DNA from: Prevotella sp.
Lineage (GTDB): Bacteria; Bacteroidota; Bacteroidia; Bacteroidales; Bacteroidaceae
Length of the DNA stretch: 64,000 nt
Reading direction: 5' to 3'
Assembly (NCBI GenBank): GCA_016291495.1
Contig: JAEEXI010000002.1
Coordinates: 113,880-177,879 of the forward strand
Of this stretch, positions 45,832 to 56,076 are shown piece after piece. The notes below the pieces were generated by a model. The model made no database searches. It was not told the origin of the DNA and worked only from the letters and a program-made list of their open reading frames with translations. A program made the position numbers and the translations under genes. Each line of letters opens with the position of its first letter. Positions within the stretch are counted from its first letter, which is position 1.

Positions 45832-46626
45832 TCACCTGAGTTCCCAAAAGGCGACAGCGGAGGCGGCGGCGACGTTGAGGGAGTCGACACCGTGCGACAT
45901 GGGGATGCGGACTACGTAGTCGGCTTCAAGAATGGTTGTCTGTGGCAGTCCGTCGCCCTCGGTTCCCATGATGATGGCCAGTTTCGGTTCTTGTTTCAGG
46001 ATGGGGGAGTCGAGGGGGATGGAACGGTCGGTAAGTGCCATTGCGACAGTTTTGAAACCGAGGTTGCGAAGTTGCTGGACGTCGCCCTCTATCCACGTCC
46101 ACGGTACGAGGAATACGGAGCCCATCGATACGCGGACGGCTCGGCGGTTGAGCGGATCGCATGAATTGGTGGTCAGCACGACGGCATCGATGCCCAGTGC
46201 GGCAGCAGAGCGGAAGATGGCTCCGATGTTCGTGGTGTCGACGACGCCGTCGATGACGACGATGCGGCGAGCATTGCGGCAGATGTCTTCGACGCACTTC
46301 GTGGTCGGGCGTCGCATGGCACAGAGTACGCCGCGTGTCAGGGTGTAGCCCGTCAGTTCGGCCAGCAGTTCGCGTGTCCCGGTATAGACGGGAATGTCAC
46401 CGGTGCGGCTGATGATGTCGGCGGCGTCGCCCTCGATGTGTCTTCGCTCGCAGAGCAGTGCCACGGGTTCATAGCCGGCATCCAGTGCTACGCGGATGAC
46501 CTTTGGACTCTCTACGATGAAGATTCCTTTCTCGGGCTCTATGCGGTTTCGCAGTTGTGCTTCCGTCAGTGTGCTGAACATTTCCACGCCAGGGTGGTGG
46601 AGGGATGTGATGTCGATGATGGGCAT
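45832..46626 (-). CDS. TrmH/SpoU family RNA methyltransferase
   Basis: DTTNIGAIFRSAAALG, IMGTEGDGL, VDSLNVAAA. Confidence 0.92.
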   Translation of the reverse strand: MPIIDITSLHHPGVEMFSTLTEAQLRNRIEPEKGIFIVESPKVIRVALDAGYEPVALLCERRHIEGDAADIISRTGDIPVYTGTRELLAELTGYTLTRGVLCAMRRPTTKCVEDICRNARRIVVIDGVVDTTNIGAIFRSAAALGIDAVVLTTNSCDPLNRRAVRVSMGSVFLVPWTWIEGDVQQLRNLGFKTVAMALTDRSIPLDSPILKQEPKLAIIMGTEGDGLPQTTILEADYVVRIPMSHGVDSLNVAAASAVAFWELR

Positions 46627-46645
46627 TTTTTTCTCTATTTCTCTG

Positions 46646-46704
46646 CAAAAATACTAAATAATTGAAAAAGAGCGAGCGATATATGGAATTATTTCGTATA
46701 TTTG
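46646..46704. promoter_or_regulatory. Divergent -7 boxes
   Basis: TATTTTTG (minus, 46646-53) and TATATTTG (plus, 46697-704). Confidence 0.65.
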
Positions 46705-46755
46705 CGAAACATTATACGAACTAACAATATTATTTCAACACTGAACAGAATCAAT

Positions 46756-48186
46756 ATGAAGAAACTGATGATTTTAGGGCTGGCCCTGCTGTCGATGACG
46801 ATGCAGGCGCAAAGCCCATGGGCAGGCGAGTCTGATGGCTCGGTAATGACTGCGAGAAAGTTTACGCTCGACCTGACTGCTGACGGGAAGGCGCAGATGG
46901 TTTGTTTTCTGCCTCAGGCCCCTTCGGGTAAGGCGATTGTGGGAATTCCGGGTGGCGGTTATTCCGTGCTGTCGAACGGTCATGAGGGCTATCTGGCCTC
47001 CGACTGGCTCAACCGGCAGGGAATTGCTTATTTCGTGGTGAACTACCGGCTGCCGGAGGGTGACCGCAGCAAGCCGATCAGTGACGTGGAGAATGCTTTC
47101 CGCATCGTCCGCGACTCGGCGAAGGTGTGGGCTATCAATCCGCACGACGTCGGTATCATGGGATTCTCGGCAGGCGGCCATCTCTCATCGGTCATCTCTA
47201 CGCATGCCGACTTCGATGTGCGTCCCGACTTCACCATTCTGTTCTATCCGGTCATCTCGATGGACGAGCGGGTGTCGCACAAATGGTCGTGCGTCAATTT
47301 CCTCGGCGAGGAGGGACAGAAGAATCCCGAACTGGTGCGCGACTTCTCGACGAACAATGTGGTGCGCCGTCATCTGACGCCTCCTGCCGTCATCATATCG
47401 GCCAGCGACGACCGCCTGGTGCCGTTCGTGACCAATGGTCTGGAGTATTACAAGGCGATGCGCAAGGCGGGTAACGATTGTGCGATGTTTGTCTATCCGA
47501 CGGGCGACCACGGCTTCGGCTTCGGTCCTTGGTTCAAGTATCACGACCAGTTGCTCACCGACTTGGGCAATTGGCTGAAGGACCGTCAGGCGCCGCAGCC
47601 TGATGCCATTCGCGTGGCATGTGTCGGCAACAGCATCACCGATGGTCACGGCATCGACATGGCGACGGCGTATGGCTATCCGGCTTTGTTGCAGAAGAAG
47701 CTGGGCAACGGCTATTGGGTGAAAAACTTCGGCGTGAGCGGTCGGACATTGTTGAACAAGGGCGACTATCCGTATATGAACGAGTTGGCCTGGAAAGACG
47801 CGCTGGCCTTCAAGCCCGACATCGTGGTCATCAAGTTGGGCACCAACGATTCCAAACCCCAGAACTGGCAGTTTGGCAAGGAGTTCAAGCAGGACCTGGA
47901 GCAGATGATCAAGGCAATGCGTGCCGCCTCTCCCAAGAGCCGCATCCTGCTCTGCACTCCCATTCCGGCCTTCAAACCGTCGTGGGACATCAGCGATGTC
48001 GTGATTGCCAACGACATTATTCCCATCCAGCAGCAGGTGGCCAAGAAGCTGGATTTGGAGGTCATCGATCTGCATACGCTCTTTGCGGGCTGTGAGGATT
48101 TGGTATTGCCCGACGGTATCCATCCTAACGACAAAGGGGTAGGGCGTATGGCGGAGATCATTGCCGAGGCCCTGAAGAAGAAATAA
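46756..48186 (+). CDS. Bimodular esterase: alpha/beta hydrolase plus SGNH domain (acetylxylan esterase-like)
   Basis: PGGGY, GFSAGGH, DHGFG; then VGNSIT, LGTND, DGIHP. Confidence 0.88.
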   Translation: MKKLMILGLALLSMTMQAQSPWAGESDGSVMTARKFTLDLTADGKAQMVCFLPQAPSGKAIVGIPGGGYSVLSNGHEGYLASDWLNRQGIAYFVVNYRLPEGDRSKPISDVENAFRIVRDSAKVWAINPHDVGIMGFSAGGHLSSVISTHADFDVRPDFTILFYPVISMDERVSHKWSCVNFLGEEGQKNPELVRDFSTNNVVRRHLTPPAVIISASDDRLVPFVTNGLEYYKAMRKAGNDCAMFVYPTGDHGFGFGPWFKYHDQLLTDLGNWLKDRQAPQPDAIRVACVGNSITDGHGIDMATAYGYPALLQKKLGNGYWVKNFGVSGRTLLNKGDYPYMNELAWKDALAFKPDIVVIKLGTNDSKPQNWQFGKEFKQDLEQMIKAMRAASPKSRILLCTPIPAFKPSWDISDVVIANDIIPIQQQVAKKLDLEVIDLHTLFAGCEDLVLPDGIHPNDKGVGRMAEIIAEALKKK

Positions 48187-48216
48187 TCCTATCATAACTG
48201 AAAATAAAGCGAGACA

Positions 48217-49428
48217 ATGAGAAAACTATTCGTAATGGCTGCCCTCTGCCTGACGGGTATGGCGGCGCAGGCTCAGCAGAACCTGAACTGGGGACAGGGA
48301 CCGCAAGTGGCATCGCCTGACGTACATGCCGATAACAGTGTGACGTTTAATCTGATTGCCCCCGAGGCGCAGAAAGTGCAGATTACCGGCGACATGCTGC
48401 CGGCGCAGAAAGTGGAGTACCAGGGCAATACCTATGACATGCCGGGTGTGGTTGATTTGGTGAAGGACGATAAGGGCGTGTGGAGCTATACCACCGCGCC
48501 GCTGAAGCCCGAGCTCTATACCTATAATATAATAGTGGACGGCGTGAAGATTATCGACCCGCTGAATGTCTACAACATCCGCGACATCAACAATCTGTTC
48601 AGCGTACTGCTCATTGGTGGTGACGCACGAGCCGATTTGTATAAAGTCAATAAGGTGGCTCACGGAACGGTGAGCAAGGTGTGGTACGAGAGTCCGACGG
48701 CAGGCATCACGCGCCGCCTGACGGTCTATACCCCTGCCGGCTACGAAACCAGCGGCAAGCGCGAATATCCTGTGCTCTACCTGTTGCACGGCATCGGTGG
48801 CGACGAGAATGCTTGGAGCGAGCTCGGTCGTGCCGCACAGATTCTCGACAACCTCATCGCGCAAGGCAAAGCCGAGCCGATGTTGGTGGTGATGACCAAC
48901 GGCAATATCTCGCAGGAGGCTTGCCCCGGCGAAACCTCTGAGGGTTTCCGCGTGCCGACGATGATGCTGCCCAAGACGATGGAAGGAAGTTTCGAGACCG
49001 CCTTCCCCGACGTGGTGAAGTTCATCGAGAAGACCTACCGTGTGAAGAAAGACAAGGCCCACCGCGCCATTGCCGGTCTGTCGATGGGCGGTTTCCACAG
49101 CCTCTTTGTTTCCATCAACAATCCTGACCTCTTCGGCTACATCGGCCTGTTCTCTGCTGCCGTCGATCAGCAGCAGCCCGACCCCAACGGTCATCCGGAA
49201 ATCTACGCCGACCGCAACGGGAAGATCGACCGCCTGTTTGCCAAGAATCCCAAGCTCTTCTGGATTGGCATCGGCAAGACCGACTTCCTCATCAAGAACA
49301 ACAACGACCTGCGTGCCTACCTCGACTCGAAGCAGCACAAGTACACCTACCTCGAGACCGACGGCGGTCACATCTGGCGCAACTGGCGCATCTACCTTTC
49401 CGAATTTACTCCTTTATTATTTAAATAA
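48217..49428 (+). CDS. CBM48-like plus CE1 esterase (feruloyl/acetylxylan esterase family), paralog 1
   Basis: [25 protein letters not shown]. Confidence 0.88.
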   Translation: MRKLFVMAALCLTGMAAQAQQNLNWGQGPQVASPDVHADNSVTFNLIAPEAQKVQITGDMLPAQKVEYQGNTYDMPGVVDLVKDDKGVWSYTTAPLKPELYTYNIIVDGVKIIDPLNVYNIRDINNLFSVLLIGGDARADLYKVNKVAHGTVSKVWYESPTAGITRRLTVYTPAGYETSGKREYPVLYLLHGIGGDENAWSELGRAAQILDNLIAQGKAEPMLVVMTNGNISQEACPGETSEGFRVPTMMLPKTMEGSFETAFPDVVKFIEKTYRVKKDKAHRAIAGLSMGGFHSLFVSINNPDLFGYIGLFSAAVDQQQPDPNGHPEIYADRNGKIDRLFAKNPKLFWIGIGKTDFLIKNNNDLRAYLDSKQHKYTYLETDGGHIWRNWRIYLSEFTPLLFK

Positions 49429-49433
49429 GTCCT

Positions 49434-51794
49434 ATGAAAAAGTCTATGTTTTACGTGCTCGGTATAGCAGCCCTCGTTATGGGTTGTAACGCTACCGACA
49501 AAGTGACTAAGAGCACCATCGACCAGCAGGAAGTGATGAGCAAGTTGTCGCTCGAAGACAAGGCCCACTTCGTCATCGGTGTGGGTATGGAAGGCTTCAG
49601 CGGTGACAATGCCGTCATCGGCGCCACGAAGAACCTCGTGCCCGGTGCCGCAGGTACCACCTATCCCCTCGACTCCCTTGGCATCCCAGCCATCGTTCTG
49701 GCAGACGGTCCTGCCGGACTGCGTATTGATGCCAAGCGCGAAGGCGACTCTGCCACTTATTATTGTACCCATTTCCCCATTGGTACCCTGCTCGCCTCGA
49801 CTTGGAACACGAATCTCGTGGAGCAGGTCGGTCAGGCTATCGGCGAGGAAGTGAAGGAATATGGTGCCGACGTGCTGTTGGCTCCTGCCTTGAATATCAT
49901 GCGTAACCCGCTCTGCGGCCGCAACTTCGAGTACTACTCAGAAGACCCTGTGGTGGCAGGCAAGACCGCTGGTGCCTACATTACCGGCGTACAGAAGAAC
50001 GACGTGGGTACGAGTATCAAGCACTTCGCCGCCAACAACCAGGAGACGAACCGCATGAACACCGATGCCCGCATCTCACAGCGTGCCCTGCGCGAAATCT
50101 ACCTGAAAGGTTTCGAGATTGCCATCAAGGAGAGTAAGCCTTGGACGGTGATGACCTCCTACAACTACATCAACGGCACGTACTCCAGCGAGAGCAAGGA
50201 CCTCGTTGAGACCATCCTGCGTGACGAGTGGGGCTACGAGGGCACGGTGATGACCGACTGGTTTGGCGGCAAGGACGGTGCCAAGCAGATGTGGGCTGGC
50301 AATGACATGCTGCAGCCCGGAAAGAATGAGCAGTTCGACAGCATCGTCGCCGGCGTGAAGAGCGGCAAACTGGCCGAGGCCGACCTCGACCGCAACGTCG
50401 CCCGCATCCTGAACCTCGTGGAGAAGTGTCCGCGTTTCCAGGGTTATCAGTATAGCAACAAGCCCGACCTCAAGGCTCATGCTGCCGTGACGCGCCAGTC
50501 GGCTGCCGAGGGTATGGTACTTATGAAGAATGAGAAGGCCTTGCCGTTTGCCGCGAACGTGAAGAACGTCGCCCTCTATGGCATTACGTCTTATGACTTC
50601 ATCGCCGGCGGTACGGGTTCCGGCAATGTGAACCACGCCTACGTTGTCTCGCTGCTCGACGGTATGAAGAACGGCGGCTATACCGTTTCTGAGGAACTGA
50701 AGAAAGCTTACGAGACCTACATCGCTGATGCCAAGAAGAAGGCTGAGGCCGCCCTCGAGGAACAGGCCAAGAAGGATCCGAAGAACGCCATGCTCGTGAA
50801 GTTCCTTCCCCAGCCGCTGCCCGCCGAGAAACTCTTCTCCGCTGACGAACTGGCGAAGCAGGCCGAGGCTTCCGACATCGCCGTCATCACGCTGGGCCGT
50901 TTGTCTGGCGAGTTCCTCGACCGCAAGGTGGCCGACTTCAACCTGAGCGACTCCGAGCGCCAGCTCATCACGCAGGTTTGCGACGTCTATCACAAGGCCG
51001 GCAAGCAGGTCGTTGTGCTGCTGAACATCGGTGGTGTCATCGAGACCGCTTCGTGGAAAGACCTGCCCGATGCCATCCTCTGCGCCTGGCAGGCCGGACA
51101 GGAAGGTGGCAACAGCGTCGTTGACGTGCTCAGCGGCAAGCAGTCGCCCAGCGGCAAGTTTACCATGACTTGGCCCGTGAAGTTCACCGATGCCTATTCG
51201 TCGAAGAACTTCCCCATCGACGAAGACCCGCGCATCGACATGTTCAACCAGGGCAAGAAGGGCAACGTCCGCAACGTGGACTATACCGAATATGAGGAGG
51301 ACATCTACGTCGGCTACCGCTACTTCGACTCGTTCGACGTTCCCGTCTCTTATCCCTTCGGCTATGGCCTGAGCTACACCACCTTCGCGTACAGCGATGC
51401 CAGGATAGCCCATAAGGACGACGGCTACGACATCTCTGTCACTGTCAAGAACACCGGCGACCGCGAGGGCAAGGAAGTCGTGGAACTCTACGCTGCCGCT
51501 CCCGACTCGAAGGCTGCCAACAAGCCCGCCAAGGAGCTGAAGGCCTTCGCCAAGACCAAGAGCCTGAAGCCTGGCGAGAGCGAGAAGCTGACCTTCAAGA
51601 TCAATGCCGCCGACCTGGCTTCCTACGACGAGGCCGCTTCTGCATGGGTGGTTGCCGAGGGCGATTACCAGTTCCTCGTCGCCGCCTCCGCTACCGACAT
51701 CAAGGCCTCGCTCAAGGCTACTGTCAAGGCTCAGCAGACGAAGGCCCACAACGTGCTGAACCCCCAGACGAAGATGAACCTGTTGAAAAGATAA
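49434..51794 (+). CDS. GH3 beta-glucosidase/xylosidase lipoprotein with Fn3-like C-terminus
   Basis: Lipobox VMGC, ADGPAGLR, GRNFEYYSEDP, KHFAAN, MTDW, YPFGYGLSYT. Confidence 0.95.
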   Translation: MKKSMFYVLGIAALVMGCNATDKVTKSTIDQQEVMSKLSLEDKAHFVIGVGMEGFSGDNAVIGATKNLVPGAAGTTYPLDSLGIPAIVLADGPAGLRIDAKREGDSATYYCTHFPIGTLLASTWNTNLVEQVGQAIGEEVKEYGADVLLAPALNIMRNPLCGRNFEYYSEDPVVAGKTAGAYITGVQKNDVGTSIKHFAANNQETNRMNTDARISQRALREIYLKGFEIAIKESKPWTVMTSYNYINGTYSSESKDLVETILRDEWGYEGTVMTDWFGGKDGAKQMWAGNDMLQPGKNEQFDSIVAGVKSGKLAEADLDRNVARILNLVEKCPRFQGYQYSNKPDLKAHAAVTRQSAAEGMVLMKNEKALPFAANVKNVALYGITSYDFIAGGTGSGNVNHAYVVSLLDGMKNGGYTVSEELKKAYETYIADAKKKAEAALEEQAKKDPKNAMLVKFLPQPLPAEKLFSADELAKQAEASDIAVITLGRLSGEFLDRKVADFNLSDSERQLITQVCDVYHKAGKQVVVLLNIGGVIETASWKDLPDAILCAWQAGQEGGNSVVDVLSGKQSPSGKFTMTWPVKFTDAYSSKNFPIDEDPRIDMFNQGKKGNVRNVDYTEYEEDIYVGYRYFDSFDVPVSYPFGYGLSYTTFAYSDARIAHKDDGYDISVTVKNTGDREGKEVVELYAAAPDSKAANKPAKELKAFAKTKSLKPGESEKLTFKINAADLASYDEAASAWVVAEGDYQFLVAASATDIKASLKATVKAQQTKAHNVLNPQTKMNLLKR

Positions 51795-53060
<1,266 letters not shown>

Positions 53061-53116
53061 CGCCCTTAGGTTGACGGCCAAACGATAAGGAGCACCGCCA
53101 GTTTGAAGGCAAACTT

Positions 53117-53148
53117 AAAAGGAGCACCCACCGAAGGATGCTCCTTTT
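53117..53148. terminator. Bidirectional terminator
   Basis: AAAAGGAGCA...TGCTCCTTTT. Confidence 0.75.
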
Positions 53149-53168
53149 CTTATTCCGTACCCCAATTT

Positions 53169-53255
53169 TCGTAAACTAGTTATCTTAAAATCGTAAACTA
53201 GTTATCTTAAAATCGTAAACTAGTTATCTTAGAATCGTAAACTAGTTACTTTAGA
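53169..53255. repeat. 4 x 22-bp tandem array (TCGTAAACTAGTTATCTTAAAA), iteron-like
   Basis: Copies start at 53169, 53191, 53213 and 53235; each contains the palindrome AACTAGTT. Confidence 0.93.
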
Positions 53256-53285
53256 TTACTCGCCCTACTGGCTTCCGTTGGCAAA

Positions 53286-53540
53286 TTAACGAAATTTCCG
53301 CCGTCCCCCTTTCTTGCCATTCTCGGAGGCTACCTTCGACCGCTCGGCTGAGTCCTTGCCCAACGATTCTTCGAAATTGTTCCTAAAGGCGAAGTCCGAA
53401 ACCTGTCTCGGCTTCAGTCCCAGCAGCCGCGCCAGCTTCGCCGTCGGCATCAAGCGGAAGAGCCGCATAATCTTTTCACCATACAATGCCTTGCTGAACC
53501 GCCGACCCGTCTGCGGCTCTTCATTCTGTTTCTTCTTCAT
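53286..53540 (-). CDS. Small basic hypothetical protein, possible HTH plus a KGG-like tail
   Basis: AKLARLLGLKPRQVS and SENGKKGGRRK. Confidence 0.65.
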   Translation of the reverse strand: MKKKQNEEPQTGRRFSKALYGEKIMRLFRLMPTAKLARLLGLKPRQVSDFAFRNNFEESLGKDSAERSKVASENGKKGGRRKFR

Positions 53541-53569
53541 AATTTTACTGTTTTTTATCCATAGAAAAA

Positions 53570-53592
53570 GGGAGCCCGAAGGCTCCCCGTGT
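53570..53592 (-). terminator. mnmE terminator with a UUCG tetraloop
   Basis: Minus strand GGGAGCC-TTCG-GGCTCCC-TTTTT (stem 53570-53587). Confidence 0.85.
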
Positions 53593-53628
53593 TTTTTGCT
53601 CTCTCGTTGTAGTCACTATGACCTGACG

Positions 53629-54903
53629 TCACTTTCCCACGCAGAAGTGCTTGAAGATGTTCCCTAATACTTCGTTGGGAGTAATCTGGCCGCCCGTGAT
53701 TTCGGCAAGGGTACTGAGGGTGAGGCGGAGGTCCTCGCTGAGCAGGTCGCCGCTCAACTGCGACTGCAGACCGTCGAGGACGCGCTGGAGATGCTGTCGG
53801 GCACGGACGAGCGCCTCGTAGTGGCGGGCGTTGGTGACGATGACGTCGTTGTCGGCGGTCTTGGGAGCGGCGGCGGTCAGTTGCTGGCGCAGTTGGTCAA
53901 GGCCCACGCCGAACTTGGCTTGGAAATTGTCGGTCTTGTTCTCGATGCGGATGACGGTCTGGTCGTCGCGGACGGGAATGTCGGGGTAGGGCACGCCGGG
54001 CTCGGTCATCATCAGGATAATCCGGGCACGCTGGGCGGCAGCCATCGAGCGCTCGATGCCGAGGTTCTCAATCTGGTCGTCGGTATGGCGGATGCCGGCG
54101 GTATCGATGAAGCGGAAGGTGACGCCGCCGAGCTGAATGGTGTCTTCGATGGCATCGCGGGTAGTGCCCTGTATGTCGCTGACAATGGCGCGCTCTTCGC
54201 CCAGCAGGGCATTGAGCAGCGTGCTCTTGCCTACGTTGGGCGCTCCGACAATGGCCACGGGAATGCCGTTCTTCAGGGCGTTGCCGACTTCGAAAGTCTG
54301 AGCAAGATGGGTGATGTGGGCATCGATGGTCTGTGTAAGTTGCAATAGTTCCGAGCGGTCGGCAAACTCGAGGTCCTCATGGTCGGAGAAGTCGAGTTCG
54401 AGTTCCAACAGGGAAGTGAGTTTCAGCAGTTGTTCCCTCAGGCGGCTGAGCTCCGTGGAGATGCCGCCCCGCAGTTGGCTCATGGCCAAATGGTGCGTCG
54501 CCCTGTTGGACGAGGCAATGAGGTCGGCCACGGCTTCGGCCTGCGAGAGGTCCATCTTGCCATTCAGGTAGGCGCGCTGGGTAAACTCACCGGGGCGGGC
54601 CATGCGGCAACCGTTCTTGATCAGCAGTTCCAACACCTTATTTAATATATATAGGGAACCGTGGCAGGAAATCTCCACACTATCTTCGCCCGTATAGGAG
54701 TGGGGAGCACGGAATACGGCGACCATCGCCTCGTCAATCACTTCCTCGCCATCCTTGATGCGGGTAAACCTTGTCGTGTTTGCTGCGACCCGGTCGCAGC
54801 TGATAGAACAGAGAGAAGAGACGGTGGTGAAGGCATCAGGGCCAGAAACCCTGATGATTCCCAATGCTCCGCCAGGAGCCGTTGCCAGAGCGCAAATAGT
54901 CAT
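53629..54903 (-). CDS. mnmE: tRNA modification GTPase
   Basis: GEDSVEISCHG, GEFTQRAYLNGK, GAPNVGKS, GTTRD, DTAG, NKTD, FCVGK; start taken at the ATGA overlap. Confidence 0.97.
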   Translation of the reverse strand: MTICALATAPGGALGIIRVSGPDAFTTVSSLCSISCDRVAANTTRFTRIKDGEEVIDEAMVAVFRAPHSYTGEDSVEISCHGSLYILNKVLELLIKNGCRMARPGEFTQRAYLNGKMDLSQAEAVADLIASSNRATHHLAMSQLRGGISTELSRLREQLLKLTSLLELELDFSDHEDLEFADRSELLQLTQTIDAHITHLAQTFEVGNALKNGIPVAIVGAPNVGKSTLLNALLGEERAIVSDIQGTTRDAIEDTIQLGGVTFRFIDTAGIRHTDDQIENLGIERSMAAAQRARIILMMTEPGVPYPDIPVRDDQTVIRIENKTDNFQAKFGVGLDQLRQQLTAAAPKTADNDVIVTNARHYEALVRARQHLQRVLDGLQSQLSGDLLSEDLRLTLSTLAEITGGQITPNEVLGNIFKHFCVGK

Positions 54904-55199
54904 TTCTTCTTGGTCCATGTATTGGCAAAGATAACACCGACTACGGTAATGGCAATGAAGATGGCGGTAGCCACCAATAGCGAATCCTTATTATCGCCGA
55001 TAAGGGGGAGAATGGCGCAAAAGGCGGCGGTAATCACCATCAGAATGGCCATGACAATTCTGAGTCGCTTGATATCGACTTTTGCCCGCTCTTCCTCGCT
55101 GGCGGTATTATAGCCCGCAATGAGCATATCACCTTTACCCATCAGAAGGACGATGGCAAGGACGAGAAAGAGGATTGCTAATACGATACTCACAATCAT
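54900..55199 (-). CDS. DUF3784-like small membrane protein
   Basis: KGDMLIAGYNT motif, three hydrophobic segments. Confidence 0.78.
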   Translation of the reverse strand: MIVSIVLAILFLVLAIVLLMGKGDMLIAGYNTASEEERAKVDIKRLRIVMAILMVITAAFCAILPLIGDNKDSLLVATAIFIAITVVGVIFANTWTKKK

Positions 55200-56071
55200 A
55201 TTCTATCTAATACTTTTTGGATGAGTGTTTCGATGGAGTTCTTGTATTCCGTATTCATCTCCGTGGTGTAGCGGTTGGCAATCACCATGCAGCAGGTCAT
55301 GGCACGATGTCCCAGCAGGGAGGCCATGCCGGCGAGGGCAGAGGATTCCATCTCGAAGTTGCAGACCTTCATGCCCTCGTATTCGAACGACTCCACTTTC
55401 TCGTTCTGTTGCGGGTCGGCGATGTCGGCACGCAACTGGCGACCCTGCGGACCATAGAAGCCTCCGCAGGCGATGGTATAGCCGCGCACCATGTCGTCGC
55501 CGGCAATCTGGTCGATGAGGTCGGCATCAGCAACGGCGACATACGGCGAGCCTTTGATGGGATCCCACTGCATGTGTTCCTTGAAGGCTTTCTCCATCGG
55601 GATGTCGCAAACCACATTACGCCCGGCGTAGTAGTTCAGCAGTCCGTCGAAGCCGATGCTCTTGACGCTGGCGATGAAACAGCCCGTCGGCGTGAAGGGC
55701 TGCAAACCGCCGCAGGTACCGATGCGTACGATGGTCAGGCTGCGGTGCTCGTCCATCTCCGTTCTGGTGGTATAGTCGATATTGGCAAGGGTATCGAGTT
55801 CATTCATCACGATATCGATATTATCGCATCCGATACCAGTCGACTGAACCGTGATGCGCTTGCCCTGATAAGTGCCTGTGATGGCATGGAACTCGCGGTT
55901 GGAAACCTCGCATTCTTTCTCGTCGAAATAGGCGGCAACGGTCTCTACACGTCCTGGGTCACCGACGAGGATGACGCGGTCGGCCAGTTGCTCGGGACGG
56001 AGATGCAGGTGGAAGCAGGAACCGTCGTTGTTGATAATCAATTCTGATGCAGGGAATACTCTTTTGTCCAT
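55196..56071 (-). CDS. Nucleoside (uridine) phosphorylase family
   Basis: LVGDPGRV, STGIGCDN, RIGTCGG, FYGPQGR, NFEMES. Confidence 0.9.
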   Translation of the reverse strand: MDKRVFPASELIINNDGSCFHLHLRPEQLADRVILVGDPGRVETVAAYFDEKECEVSNREFHAITGTYQGKRITVQSTGIGCDNIDIVMNELDTLANIDYTTRTEMDEHRSLTIVRIGTCGGLQPFTPTGCFIASVKSIGFDGLLNYYAGRNVVCDIPMEKAFKEHMQWDPIKGSPYVAVADADLIDQIAGDDMVRGYTIACGGFYGPQGRQLRADIADPQQNEKVESFEYEGMKVCNFEMESSALAGMASLLGHRAMTCCMVIANRYTTEMNTEYKNSIETLIQKVLDRI

Positions 56072-56076
56072 AAGGC

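Noticed and set aside
47185-49371. Long antisense ORFs (336 and 381 aa) over the esterases, and similar shadows such as 35087-36061, 5306-5875 and 58302-58913
   Set aside because: They overlap well-supported genes on the opposite strand and have shadow-like composition
53169-53255. CRISPR array or type III toxin-antitoxin repeat
   Set aside because: No spacers and no cas genes; the order is ORF-repeats-terminator, not repeats-terminator-toxin
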